This document shows, in pieces, positions 46,935-55,608 of a DNA stretch of 64,000 bases. The position numbers and the translations under genes were made by a program. Each line of letters begins with the position of its first letter. The stretch's first letter is position 1. A model generated the notes under the pieces. That model made no database searches, was not told the origin of the DNA, and saw only the letters and a program-made list of their open reading frames with translations. The stretch covers positions 124,001 through 188,000 of IMG/VR virus record IMGVR_UViG_3300034358_000008; one strand, written 5' to 3'.

Positions 46935-48347
46935 ATGCCTTTGTATGAAGAAGAAGAGAGTCTAGACGTCCCCGAATCAGTTAACCCGGTTCAAGTCAAA
47001 GCTTACCCTGATGCTTATCGGGGTATTGCTATTGATACCAAGTACATGCCTAAGTCGAGCATGCTTGCGTGGATCAACGGTTCTAACTGGCGAGTGACTT
47101 ACTACTCTCAAATCCTAGACGCTACACAAGAACCAACGGCGTTGGCATTAGATCGACAGCCACCGTATCAACAGTATCAACGAATCGTTGGGGTTGACAT
47201 CAAGGTTAACCAACCTCTAGACATCACCCAAGATGAACGTATCCGTACATTTAGCGTTACCGGTAGTGGCCACACTTATCCTGCATTGACTCCTAACGTC
47301 GGTGACATGATGATCGGTAACATTGGTGATGGACGAGCAGGTATCTTCACGCTCACTAGCGCACGCCGTGAAACTTACATGCGTGATTCGACATACGCTG
47401 TTGAATGGAAGATGGTTGGGTTTGTATCACAGCAACAACTCGATAACCTCGAAGCTAAGACACAGATCACTTACTACTGGTCGGCTGATAAACTGGGTTG
47501 TGGTTGTAACCCGTTTGTTACTGAAGCTGAACAAGCGATGGCACAAGAGTTCGCAAAACTGCGTACTGAAATCATCCGTCGTTATTTGGCAGACTTCTTC
47601 TCCACACAGTTCTTTACGTTCTTGGTCCCAGATCAACTTAATACTACCTATGATCACTTTGTGACTAAGATGTTACTGAGTATTCTGGATATGAGTCGAG
47701 ACTGGAACTTGCGAAGAGCAAGAATCCTGAACGTGATGTCTGAACGAGTAATGTCTGAACCGACTGTATGGGATATGATCGTCCAGCAGAACCCAGCTAT
47801 TGGGTGCGGGTCTACAGAACGTGCTCATCTCGTGATGACCATGATCTCCCGTTGGAAACCTGAACTCCAAGCAATTGGTTATTCTGGCATTCCACGTATG
47901 GTGTATCCAATCGATGCCCCTACGAACGTAGACGCTGCTTACGATGGTTCTAACCGTTGTCGCCCAGAAGGTATTCCATACCAAGCGGGTAAACCGCGCC
48001 GTCCACCAAAGGGACCTTATCAGTCTCAAGCACAACGGAACGAGAAATGGTTCCAACGTGTACCCCCTGAAGAACAACTCGATCTCAATCGGGCTTGGAG
48101 TTTCCCTCCAGATATTAAGCCTATCGTAATCGACGACTATTACGTTTTCTCTGAAGCCTTCTATTACGAAGACGCTAAGCTTCAAAGTAAACTGGAACTA
48201 TTGATCTGGCAAATGATCAAGGGTGAACCAATCAACAAAGAACAATTGTTGGCTGTCACTAAGTGTTGCCTCTCTTGGGATAACCTTGAGCGGTTCTACT
48301 ACCACCCCGCTCTGATTCTTTTGCTAGGCTACGCATTGAGGAACTAA
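46935..48347 (+). CDS. Virion structural protein (phiKZ gp99-like)
   Basis: 470 aa; SD GAGGA; PNVGD motif; synteny. Confidence 0.65.
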   Translation: MPLYEEEESLDVPESVNPVQVKAYPDAYRGIAIDTKYMPKSSMLAWINGSNWRVTYYSQILDATQEPTALALDRQPPYQQYQRIVGVDIKVNQPLDITQDERIRTFSVTGSGHTYPALTPNVGDMMIGNIGDGRAGIFTLTSARRETYMRDSTYAVEWKMVGFVSQQQLDNLEAKTQITYYWSADKLGCGCNPFVTEAEQAMAQEFAKLRTEIIRRYLADFFSTQFFTFLVPDQLNTTYDHFVTKMLLSILDMSRDWNLRRARILNVMSERVMSEPTVWDMIVQQNPAIGCGSTERAHLVMTMISRWKPELQAIGYSGIPRMVYPIDAPTNVDAAYDGSNRCRPEGIPYQAGKPRRPPKGPYQSQAQRNEKWFQRVPPEEQLDLNRAWSFPPDIKPIVIDDYYVFSEAFYYEDAKLQSKLELLIWQMIKGEPINKEQLLAVTKCCLSWDNLERFYYHPALILLLGYALRN

Positions 48348-48348
48348 C

Positions 48349-48942
48349 ATGTCCGCCGAGCATTTCAAACTGTGTAAACGTTATACCCCTGCATGGCGTT
48401 TATTTAACCTTCGATTTAAATGCATGGCGAGTTGTTTGACCGAGGTAACTACCGAGTACCTAGCCAGTGGCAATGCTATCATGAACGTCACTGGTAACAA
48501 ACAAGTCGATACTTTGGCAATGGGGCGGATGGAGTATAAGAACTTCACCGCTGCGGCGCTAGCCATGTTGATATCCGAAGGTCACTCATTCGCTATCACG
48601 AACCTGAACGACTGTATCCAGATGTATGCTGATATTCAGGATCACTTGAACGATATGTTGCAGGCTGCTAAACAAGCGTTTCACTTAAGCGATCTGCCAC
48701 CGGTGGAAGACCTCCGTTCATTCGAATCTCTGGCTCTAGAAGTTTATCGAGTAGCTAAAAAGCTAGAGCCTAGAGCCGAAGTACGATCCAGTATCTTTGA
48801 CTCTTTCGTTGAGATGTCCCGTAGACGTAACTTGATGGCTACCAACAAATACGTTACTTCGTTGGATGCTCGTGAAAATGAACTGCGTCCGTATGTGTCC
48901 ATCGTGGATGACATTGAACGCTACATGGCGGAGCTTTACTAA
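48349..48942 (+). CDS. Conserved protein (phiKZ gp100-like)
   Basis: 197 aa; SD GAGGA; PPVEDL motif; synteny. Confidence 0.65.
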   Translation: MSAEHFKLCKRYTPAWRLFNLRFKCMASCLTEVTTEYLASGNAIMNVTGNKQVDTLAMGRMEYKNFTAAALAMLISEGHSFAITNLNDCIQMYADIQDHLNDMLQAAKQAFHLSDLPPVEDLRSFESLALEVYRVAKKLEPRAEVRSSIFDSFVEMSRRRNLMATNKYVTSLDARENELRPYVSIVDDIERYMAELY

Positions 48943-50321
48943 TGTCTTATGATTCAACGTTACTTAACAAAGCCGCTGAACGTGTGGTCAATGATGGCGA
49001 AGGTTACTACAACACCCGCATGAGTATTAACATTCGTGCTGGCGGTAAGTGGATTAAGCCTAACCGTTTTGACCACCAACATATCGCGCGAGATTACAGT
49101 ACTGGTCCTCTAGGGGATATTCGTCAGATTGAGGTATTGATGTTGTTGGGTGATTACACCTACGATATCTTGCCTTATCGTGATAACCTCATGGTGGACA
49201 TAAATGAAACCCCGCTTGTTATGGGTACTAGTGCCCGTAACTGGGAACGCTTTGCCGGTACTAAACGGTTTAAAGCTGTGTTGGACCTACAAGGGCAAGA
49301 CAACACAACCCTAACCAACAAGCAAGCCCCAATGACCAGCCGTGAGCAGATGAACCAAGTCGGTATGAAGTCAGTCGTATTCACTTTGGTAGATGAGTTG
49401 TGTTATAAACTCATGATGCTGACTGTGGGTGTTACGCTACGTCAAATGACAACACTCGATATGCTTACATGGATTCACAAGCATTACTTCGATCAGGTCT
49501 TTGATGGTTCGAACAAACGTATCGAAACCTTAAACATATGGAAGCAAGACTTTAACCCTGAGATACAACACCAGATTGCTTTCCCTGATGGGATGCTATT
49601 GAAAGACGTAACCAAGTTCCTACAGAACGACGAAGCGGGTATCTACCCAACCGGGTGTGGTCGTTATATCCAGAATGGTCAATTCTACGTTTATCCCCTG
49701 TTTGATACAACTCGATACCAGAAGCATTCCAAAGTCCTCAACATTATCAACATGCCTAACGAACGATTCAAAGGTACTGAGAAAACATTCCTTGATACCA
49801 CACGATCCCTAACGATTATTTGTACGGGTGGTAACACGAGTGAAGACTCATCCACCAGTAAGAATATTCAAGACGGCAATGGTTTTCGTTTTGGTGATGC
49901 CAAGAAGCTTTTGCAGATGGGTACTATCAAAGACAACCGAATGCTGATTGACCGAGCTACTAACCTTTTCGAGGTGGCTACTGAAGCACTCGCTGAAGGT
50001 ATCAACAACGTACGCTGGGCAGCTGATCGCTTTACTGGTAACCCATTGAAGCAGTACACGCAGATGGCTCAGAAACGTGGACAGAAGCTGGACGTGGAAT
50101 GGTTCCGCTCTAACCCCGACCTCTTAGAACCCGGCATGCCTGTTAAGTACCAGACTTTGGATGGTAATACAGTTAAGACCTACTACGGTACGCTATTGGG
50201 TGTGAACGATAACCGCATCCCAACTGATGGCGGTAACAACACATCCAAATATGACGGTATCGCTAACCTGAGTTTGTTCTTGGTTCGTGCTACTGAAAAT
50301 GAACGTGTAACGATTGCATGA
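48942..50321 (+). CDS. Baseplate hub-like virion protein (phiKZ gp101-like)
   Basis: 459 aa; TAATG coupling; C-terminal DLLEPGMPV is typical of hub proteins. Confidence 0.65.
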   Translation: MSYDSTLLNKAAERVVNDGEGYYNTRMSINIRAGGKWIKPNRFDHQHIARDYSTGPLGDIRQIEVLMLLGDYTYDILPYRDNLMVDINETPLVMGTSARNWERFAGTKRFKAVLDLQGQDNTTLTNKQAPMTSREQMNQVGMKSVVFTLVDELCYKLMMLTVGVTLRQMTTLDMLTWIHKHYFDQVFDGSNKRIETLNIWKQDFNPEIQHQIAFPDGMLLKDVTKFLQNDEAGIYPTGCGRYIQNGQFYVYPLFDTTRYQKHSKVLNIINMPNERFKGTEKTFLDTTRSLTIICTGGNTSEDSSTSKNIQDGNGFRFGDAKKLLQMGTIKDNRMLIDRATNLFEVATEALAEGINNVRWAADRFTGNPLKQYTQMAQKRGQKLDVEWFRSNPDLLEPGMPVKYQTLDGNTVKTYYGTLLGVNDNRIPTDGGNNTSKYDGIANLSLFLVRATENERVTIA

Positions 50322-50736
50322 CGTGGAGACCGCGATGAACATTTTGATACACATTGATTCGTCGTGGTCATACCACTTTTTCGAATTCAACAAACCTGCG
50401 ATTAGTACCCTAGATTTCTTTGAGTTCATAGACACGTTCTATAGCTCAGCAATGCTCTACCTGCAAACCCATGTTAACCATCGTTTCGGTTTACGTGCAC
50501 CTGAGTACAATGACGGCATAAATGGCTCCATGCAAATTTGCAATAAGTACCCAGAGTTAGCAGAAAAGATCTCTCAGGCCTTCAGAGATTTGCATCACCG
50601 ACATAGACCATCATTGGGTGCCCTGCAAGGCCCTATAACGAAGATACAGACGATTTGCGATGACACGGGTATACTGACTGCCATTGTAGTCACCATTGAT
50701 ATTAGAAGCAGTTTAACGCCTATATTACACTTGTGA
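50314..50736 (+). CDS. Hypothetical protein (140 aa)
   Basis: TTG start overlapping the previous stop; start position uncertain. Confidence 0.5.
   Translation: MHDVETAMNILIHIDSSWSYHFFEFNKPAISTLDFFEFIDTFYSSAMLYLQTHVNHRFGLRAPEYNDGINGSMQICNKYPELAEKISQAFRDLHHRHRPSLGALQGPITKIQTICDDTGILTAIVVTIDIRSSLTPILHL
50703..50736 (+). promoter_or_regulatory. Early promoter TAGAA-N13-TATATTAC-N4-GTGA
   Basis: TATATTAC at 50721-50728. Confidence 0.8.
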
Positions 50737-50756
50737 ACTTACAGGAGTAATGACCT

Positions 50757-50924
50757 ATGGATAAGGCTACAATTGCGTACGAGAAAGCTCATCAAAAAGC
50801 GATCGAGCATCATTGGAAAGAAAATGTCATGAATGACCGCACGGTCAGACTGATAACCCCAGTGCGTGTAGCTGTAACGTTTGTTGTAACGCTGTTAATA
50901 ACTTTCTACTTTAATGGTTTATGA
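50757..50924 (+). CDS. Small membrane protein (55 aa, not in ORF track)
   Basis: SD AGGAG; MDKATIAYEK...VAVTFVVTLLITFYFNGL; first ORF after the promoter. Confidence 0.55.
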   Translation: MDKATIAYEKAHQKAIEHHWKENVMNDRTVRLITPVRVAVTFVVTLLITFYFNGL

Positions 50925-50934
50925 GGTAAGCATC

Positions 50935-51108
50935 ATGTTCGGCAATTTCTACGATGAAAAGAAATCCAAAGAAGCTAACGCAGAAGAATTCGCGAAGGCA
51001 CATCACAACAAAGAAGTAACCCAGCACTACGTCATTGCAGTGGCGTTGTTCACTGGTCTGTGTGCAGCAATCGTTGCCGGTAAGAAGGTGTACGACGAAG
51101 TAAGATAA
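50935..51108 (+). CDS. Small membrane protein
   Basis: ATG at 50935 after GAGG; C-terminal hydrophobic helix. Confidence 0.6.
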   Translation: MFGNFYDEKKSKEANAEEFAKAHHNKEVTQHYVIAVALFTGLCAAIVAGKKVYDEVR

Positions 51109-51122
51109 GGATGCCCAATTAG

Positions 51123-51878
51123 ATGAGTGAATATCAAACGACTCGTCCCAATGGTAGCCAATTCGTTGCATACGTGCTAACGCATACACAAAGTGGCAAA
51201 GTGTACGTCGGTAGCACATCAAACCTTCAGAGACGGATCTGGGAGCATCAGGGTAAATTAAAACGTGGTACTCACCATAATAGCGAGCTTCAGAAACTTT
51301 ACGATGCTAGTAATGAGATAGAATTTAATTCTTTCCCAGCACTGGATAACGTAACAGTCCTGGAACTGGAAAGAGATATTATCTCAGAATACGCCGTTAT
51401 GGGTAATGTGCTTAACGTTATTAGTGATCCTGTTAATCCATCAGTTACTAATCCTCCTTTGATTCAGTATCGCGATTCTATAGCTAAACGTGTCAGCATC
51501 GACGGTATTGAATATACGAGTATAAAACAGGCTGCGAAGACACTGAGTTACAGTAAACAGAAAATACAATATTGGTTAAAGAGTGTGAGCACTGCCCACG
51601 AGAATGTTTTCTACGTGGGATCGCCAAAAGAAATCTCTGTTACTGGACGGGTAAACCTATCTGAATTGGCTCGAGCCAATGGGTTATCTGTATCGACTGT
51701 TACAGCACGGAAAAGAACGGGTGTATCGGCAGATGAGTTATTTCTACCGGTCGTCGATTCAACCGTGAAAAAGCTTTCTGACTATCTTGGTTTGAACTAT
51801 TCAAAAATTTGGTATCAACTAAATACAAAGGGACTGTCACCCAATGAAATAATACAGAAGTATTTAAGTGAGTCAAAT
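51123..51878 (+). mobile_element. Homing-endonuclease insertion (GIY-YIG, NUMOD1/HTH)
   Basis: Motifs above; appears more AT-rich than the core genes by eye. Confidence 0.6.
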
Positions 51879-52373
51879 ATGACCAAAGAAAATGTCCAAT
51901 TCGTAATAGGTACCGATATCTTCAAACAGGATGGCGACCTTTACATAATCACGGTTAACTGTGTTGGTGTAATGGGGGCCGGATTAGCCAAATCTTTCAA
52001 AGAAGCCCATCCCGACCTATATGAACGCTATCGTCATGATTGTCGGATGAAGATTATTACAATCGGTAATCCTGTAATCTACACAGCTGATAACGGCAAG
52101 CACTACATGATGTTCCCTACTAAGGATCGCTGGCAAGATCCATCACTACCTGAATACATTTCCTCTGGCTTACAGTGGATGGTGGACTCGGTTGGTGAAG
52201 AAGGTGATATCGACCCGGCGTGGAAAATAGTAATCCCTCCTTTAGGGTGCGCTAACGGCGGGCTTAGTTTCGCAGACGTAAAAGAAAACATAAAACTCTT
52301 TGCTGGGCACATGCCTAATGAAGTTGTAGTGGTCTATCCTCCGTGGATGGAAACCACGAATGCATGGGATTAA
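51123..52373 (+). CDS. GIY-YIG homing endonuclease fused in frame to a DarG-like macrodomain
   Basis: VAY...KVYVGST...RR..EH...H.N..LQ and NUMOD1-like IDGIEYTSIKQAA; from Met253 (51879) TVNCVGVMGAGLA...FPTKDRW...PPLGCANGGL. Confidence 0.85.
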   Translation: MSEYQTTRPNGSQFVAYVLTHTQSGKVYVGSTSNLQRRIWEHQGKLKRGTHHNSELQKLYDASNEIEFNSFPALDNVTVLELERDIISEYAVMGNVLNVISDPVNPSVTNPPLIQYRDSIAKRVSIDGIEYTSIKQAAKTLSYSKQKIQYWLKSVSTAHENVFYVGSPKEISVTGRVNLSELARANGLSVSTVTARKRTGVSADELFLPVVDSTVKKLSDYLGLNYSKIWYQLNTKGLSPNEIIQKYLSESNMTKENVQFVIGTDIFKQDGDLYIITVNCVGVMGAGLAKSFKEAHPDLYERYRHDCRMKIITIGNPVIYTADNGKHYMMFPTKDRWQDPSLPEYISSGLQWMVDSVGEEGDIDPAWKIVIPPLGCANGGLSFADVKENIKLFAGHMPNEVVVVYPPWMETTNAWD

Positions 52374-52425
52374 CATAACGCCCCCGGCTAACGCTGGGGG
52401 TTTATGCCGTTACGAGGAGACAGTT

Positions 52426-52839
52426 GTGCGAATAAGCATTGGTGAACAAAGCAGTATCATGCAGATGTGGAATGAACTGAGTGAAGTACTCGGGTTCAAT
52501 GAGTTCGTTGATCCTACCGCTCATGCAGTCTCTAAGACTGTTAAAGATTTTCAAGAGATCGATGATGAGCTTAAACGTCGTCGTGAGCCGGTAAAGGAAG
52601 AGCGACCTTCGTGGTATTACCAAGCAGCTACTCGACCTTATCCGAAGGGGTATCGTTACCCGCAAGGTATGGGGATTGCTCGTGCAATCAAAGAAGAACG
52701 TATCGGTACACCGTTGGAACGCTTTGAGTGTTTCTACGAAGCTGAGACTGATGTGATACAAGAAGCAGTCAAAGAGAATCTGGGTGCACCGGGGTATATG
52801 TCGTACCGCGATGCTTGTAACACAGGCAGTTGGTATTAG
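52426..52839 (+). CDS. Hypothetical protein
   Basis: GTG at 52426 after GAGGAG; the ORF-track start lies before the intergenic hairpin. Confidence 0.6.
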   Translation: MRISIGEQSSIMQMWNELSEVLGFNEFVDPTAHAVSKTVKDFQEIDDELKRRREPVKEERPSWYYQAATRPYPKGYRYPQGMGIARAIKEERIGTPLERFECFYEAETDVIQEAVKENLGAPGYMSYRDACNTGSWY

Positions 52840-52870
52840 AAGCCAACTGAAGGCTATATTACTACTGTGA
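52837..52870 (+). promoter_or_regulatory. Early promoter TAGAA-N13-TATATTAC-N4-GTGA
   Basis: TATATTAC at 52855-52862. Confidence 0.8.
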
Positions 52871-52895
52871 ATTAACTTAACTGAAGGAATCTACC

Positions 52896-53222
52896 ATGTC
52901 TCAAAAAGTGAAACAAAAGCACGTCTATCAGATCTGCGAAGGCGAACTGGTATCTGCTGAAATCCTGTGGCCTGATCGGGAAGAAACCAAAGGTAAGTTC
53001 GTAGCTACCGGCATCATGGTTTTCCCAAACGGTGATCTGGGCGGTGAAGTTCGTACTTCCCTGATCGTCTCAGGCAGCAAAGAAGAAGGCCAGGTCGAAA
53101 CATTGAACTCGATCTATAAGTTCGTGGATCGCCCTGCCGACAAAGAGCAAACTGACAATGGCCTGTGGGGTGCAGTACGTCCCATGATGAGCCAAGAAGA
53201 GAAAGGTGAACAACATGCGTGA
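52896..53222 (+). CDS. Hypothetical early protein
   Basis: 108 aa; SD AAGGA; VRTSLIV...VETLNSIY motif common in small phage proteins. Confidence 0.7.
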   Translation: MSQKVKQKHVYQICEGELVSAEILWPDREETKGKFVATGIMVFPNGDLGGEVRTSLIVSGSKEEGQVETLNSIYKFVDRPADKEQTDNGLWGAVRPMMSQEEKGEQHA

Positions 53223-53310
53223 TCTGGTTAAAGGCTTGGTCGGTATCGTGGTTGTGGTGATTGCAGTACGGATTATCTACGAAGTGGTAGATGACGCCGT
53301 TAACGCATGA
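53215..53310 (+). CDS. Membrane microprotein (31 aa, not in ORF track)
   Basis: SD AAGGTG; MRDLVKGLVGIVVVVIAVRIIYEVVDDAVNA; ATGA overlap with the next gene. Confidence 0.55.
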   Translation: MRDLVKGLVGIVVVVIAVRIIYEVVDDAVNA

Positions 53311-53654
53311 GCTTCGGTCGTGTAGTGAAAGGCATGGCTATTGGCTGTGCCGCATCAGTGGCGATGGTCGCTTCCATCGCTTTATTAGTCTCTGCCCGCC
53401 TAGGTGATGTCAGAGAACTGCAAACGTATCACTGTAACCGCACACGCGAGGCTGTGAGACGAATGCATCTTAGTCTGATGCAAGGAGATAACTATCGCCG
53501 GCTCTTTCCTCAGGAGCGAGCTGACGAGATTAGATCCATGGCTTCCCTCGTAGTACATGCAATGGTCGTTCAGGTAGATCCGCTATACCAGCAGGATGCT
53601 ATCGACTTCGCTTTAAACAACCTAACCCAAATCTGTTCTGAGGAATTAACATGA
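53307..53654 (+). CDS. N-terminally anchored membrane protein
   Basis: 115 aa; hydrophobic N-terminal helix. Confidence 0.65.
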   Translation: MSFGRVVKGMAIGCAASVAMVASIALLVSARLGDVRELQTYHCNRTREAVRRMHLSLMQGDNYRRLFPQERADEIRSMASLVVHAMVVQVDPLYQQDAIDFALNNLTQICSEELT

Positions 53655-53797
53655 AATACGTAATTGGTTCTGTTGCTGTTCTGGCTGCTATCGGTACCGC
53701 AGCTTATTTCTACATGCAAGACCAAGATGGGCAGAAGGCTGAAGCTCGCAATGCTGAACGTGCGGCAGCGGCTGAAGAAACTGCTGAAGCAATCTAA
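53651..53797 (+). CDS. Membrane microprotein (48 aa, not in ORF track)
   Basis: SD GAGGA; MKYVIGSVAVLAAIGTAAYFYMQD... Confidence 0.6.
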   Translation: MKYVIGSVAVLAAIGTAAYFYMQDQDGQKAEARNAERAAAAEETAEAI

Positions 53798-53830
53798 CTG
53801 TAACCTCAACCTTCTCTCAAGGAGAATCAA

Positions 53831-54106
53831 ATGATCGGCGCTATCTTCAAATATACACTCGCTGCTGTAGCAGGTGCTGTAATCTTCGCTACCTGTATGC
53901 ATGTGGCTGATGAAGAAGCATTGAACCATATCCGAGATATGATCGATGCGCATGCAGCACTGTCTCGTGCAAAAGGTCTGGATGGTGAAGAATTGAAGAC
54001 CGAGATGGTGAACTTCATTCACTCTCATCGCCAAGCGTGGGATAAAACCTACATCATGGCTGAAACTGGTCGTTCTGCTCAACTGCTTTACGGTCACTGG
54101 GTGTAA
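53831..54106 (+). CDS. N-terminally anchored membrane protein
   Basis: 91 aa; SD AAGGAG. Confidence 0.7.
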   Translation: MIGAIFKYTLAAVAGAVIFATCMHVADEEALNHIRDMIDAHAALSRAKGLDGEELKTEMVNFIHSHRQAWDKTYIMAETGRSAQLLYGHWV

Positions 54107-54114
54107 TGCCCAAC

Positions 54115-54144
54115 GGGGGTTCTTCGGAGCCCTCATTTATTTTT
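54115..54144 (+). terminator. Intrinsic terminator
   Basis: GGGGGTTC-TTCG-GAGCCCTC-ATTTATTTTT. Confidence 0.7.
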
Positions 54145-54208
54145 AATAACGTTTTACTTTATTTAAGCTAACCGCTGCACTTAAAAATAACTAATAGGAA
54201 ATTAAGCA

Positions 54209-54451
54209 ATGGCACGTGCTCCACTTCATGAAATCCTCACTCGTAACTTCTGGCATACTGATCACATCATCGATGACAATGAAGTTTGCATCCACGATCC
54301 CTTCAATAATGGGAACCGTGCGTTCTATCTGTTGGATACTAATGGTGTCCACGACGATCTCTCCACCGTAAGCCTTACACAAGGGCTTGCTGAAGCGCTG
54401 GAGCTTCCCTCCAACGTTTCTCTGAACGATGTACTGGCATACTGCCAATAA
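54209..54451 (+). CDS. Hypothetical protein
   Basis: 80 aa; SD AGGA. Confidence 0.65.
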   Translation: MARAPLHEILTRNFWHTDHIIDDNEVCIHDPFNNGNRAFYLLDTNGVHDDLSTVSLTQGLAEALELPSNVSLNDVLAYCQ

Positions 54452-54498
54452 CTCACCAAGGGGCTCTACGGGGCCCTAATCAAGGAGTTGTTATTTCC

Positions 54499-54657
54499 AT
54501 GAAGAATTATGAGTTGTTGTCGTTCTTCGTAGGCTCTGGATGTTTCATCGGGACCCTCTCTGGAATCATCTTTGGCCCAAGTCAATGGCAAGCTATCGGT
54601 ACTGTTATCGCAGCTGCTGTATTGACTTACGCATTCCCGCGTATCTTTAACAAATAA
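54499..54657 (+). CDS. Small two-helix membrane protein (52 aa, not in ORF track)
   Basis: SD AAGGAG; MKNYELLSFFVGSGCFIG...IAAAVLTYAFPRIFNK. Confidence 0.55.
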   Translation: MKNYELLSFFVGSGCFIGTLSGIIFGPSQWQAIGTVIAAAVLTYAFPRIFNK

Positions 54658-54682
54658 ATTCATTAATTGAAGGAATCTAAAA

Positions 54683-54838
54683 ATGAAAGCAACTCTTCTG
54701 TTGGTCGGTCTGGTACTCGGTGGTCTGTTCATCAATGAAAAGATGACTCCTGTACAGGCTGAAGAAAACAAAACTGAAATCGTTTACGGTACCCGTATCG
54801 GCCCTACCGGTGACATCCAACTCGTAACTTCCCGCTGA
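54683..54838 (+). CDS. Small signal-peptide/anchor protein (51 aa, not in ORF track)
   Basis: SD AAGGA; MKATLLLVGLVLGGLF... Confidence 0.55.
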   Translation: MKATLLLVGLVLGGLFINEKMTPVQAEENKTEIVYGTRIGPTGDIQLVTSR

Positions 54839-54845
54839 GGTCTGT

Positions 54846-55331
54846 ATGGCTAACAAAACTACCACCATTCATGTCATCCATGAAATCGAAGGTGGTTCGC
54901 TGGTACGCGCTTTCACCGCTGAAGAAGATGCAAAGAATTACTTTGTGCATGAATGTGCAGCAGGTAATTTGGAAGAGCGTTACTACAAGATCTCTCCTCT
55001 CCCGTTGGAAGACATGGGTAAGTCCATGGTTGTTCCACCGGTGGTAATTAAACCTACCCCTAGTCCACAGTTGAAAGCATTTATCGCAGATAATGCTCGT
55101 GACCATGCAACCGAGTGGGTAGACCGCACCTATGAATTGGATGCCGGTAGTCGTCAGGTTGCGATCATCCTCGTAGCTGATAAGATTGAAGAGATCGTAA
55201 ATGATCCAGCTAGTGGTGAATACGGTTTCCGTAGAGCGATGCTGTATCTTGAAGATTGCAAGTTCGACCACAGTAAGTTGGTCCACACTCCACGCGAAAT
55301 CGGGCAGGTGAACTTCGTTGGACGTCCATGA
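54846..55331 (+). CDS. Hypothetical protein
   Basis: 161 aa; SD GAGG. Confidence 0.7.
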   Translation: MANKTTTIHVIHEIEGGSLVRAFTAEEDAKNYFVHECAAGNLEERYYKISPLPLEDMGKSMVVPPVVIKPTPSPQLKAFIADNARDHATEWVDRTYELDAGSRQVAIILVADKIEEIVNDPASGEYGFRRAMLYLEDCKFDHSKLVHTPREIGQVNFVGRP

Positions 55332-55608
55332 ACTTCTGGGTCTTCCGGTTATCCCGATTTGGATTCTATTGATCGGGAGCCTACTCTCCAACTTCGGAGA
55401 GGCTTTCGTAAAGTGTTTCCAATCGCGGAACATTGCACAAGGTCGTGAGGTAGCTGCTGGATTTACATCCTGTGCGGTTACCCTCACCTTTGCTGCAAAC
55501 TTATCCTTTCTAGTATTAGCGGGCTTACCAGCATTGTTAACAGCAATGGTCGGTGGTTCACTAGGTACCGTAATTTCAATTCGTTTCCATAAGAGACTTT
55601 TCAAATGA
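55318..55608 (+). CDS. Small polytopic membrane protein
   Basis: 96 aa; three hydrophobic segments; FQSRN and GGSLGT motifs. Confidence 0.6.
   Translation: MDVHELLGLPVIPIWILLIGSLLSNFGEAFVKCFQSRNIAQGREVAAGFTSCAVTLTFAANLSFLVLAGLPALLTAMVGGSLGTVISIRFHKRLFK

Noticed and set aside
52360-52425. ORF-track N-terminal extensions (also at 5878, 19058, 42303, 45220, 56812, 60364 and 61157)
   Set aside because: They overlap terminators or upstream genes or lack an SD; downstream starts have clear SD sequences
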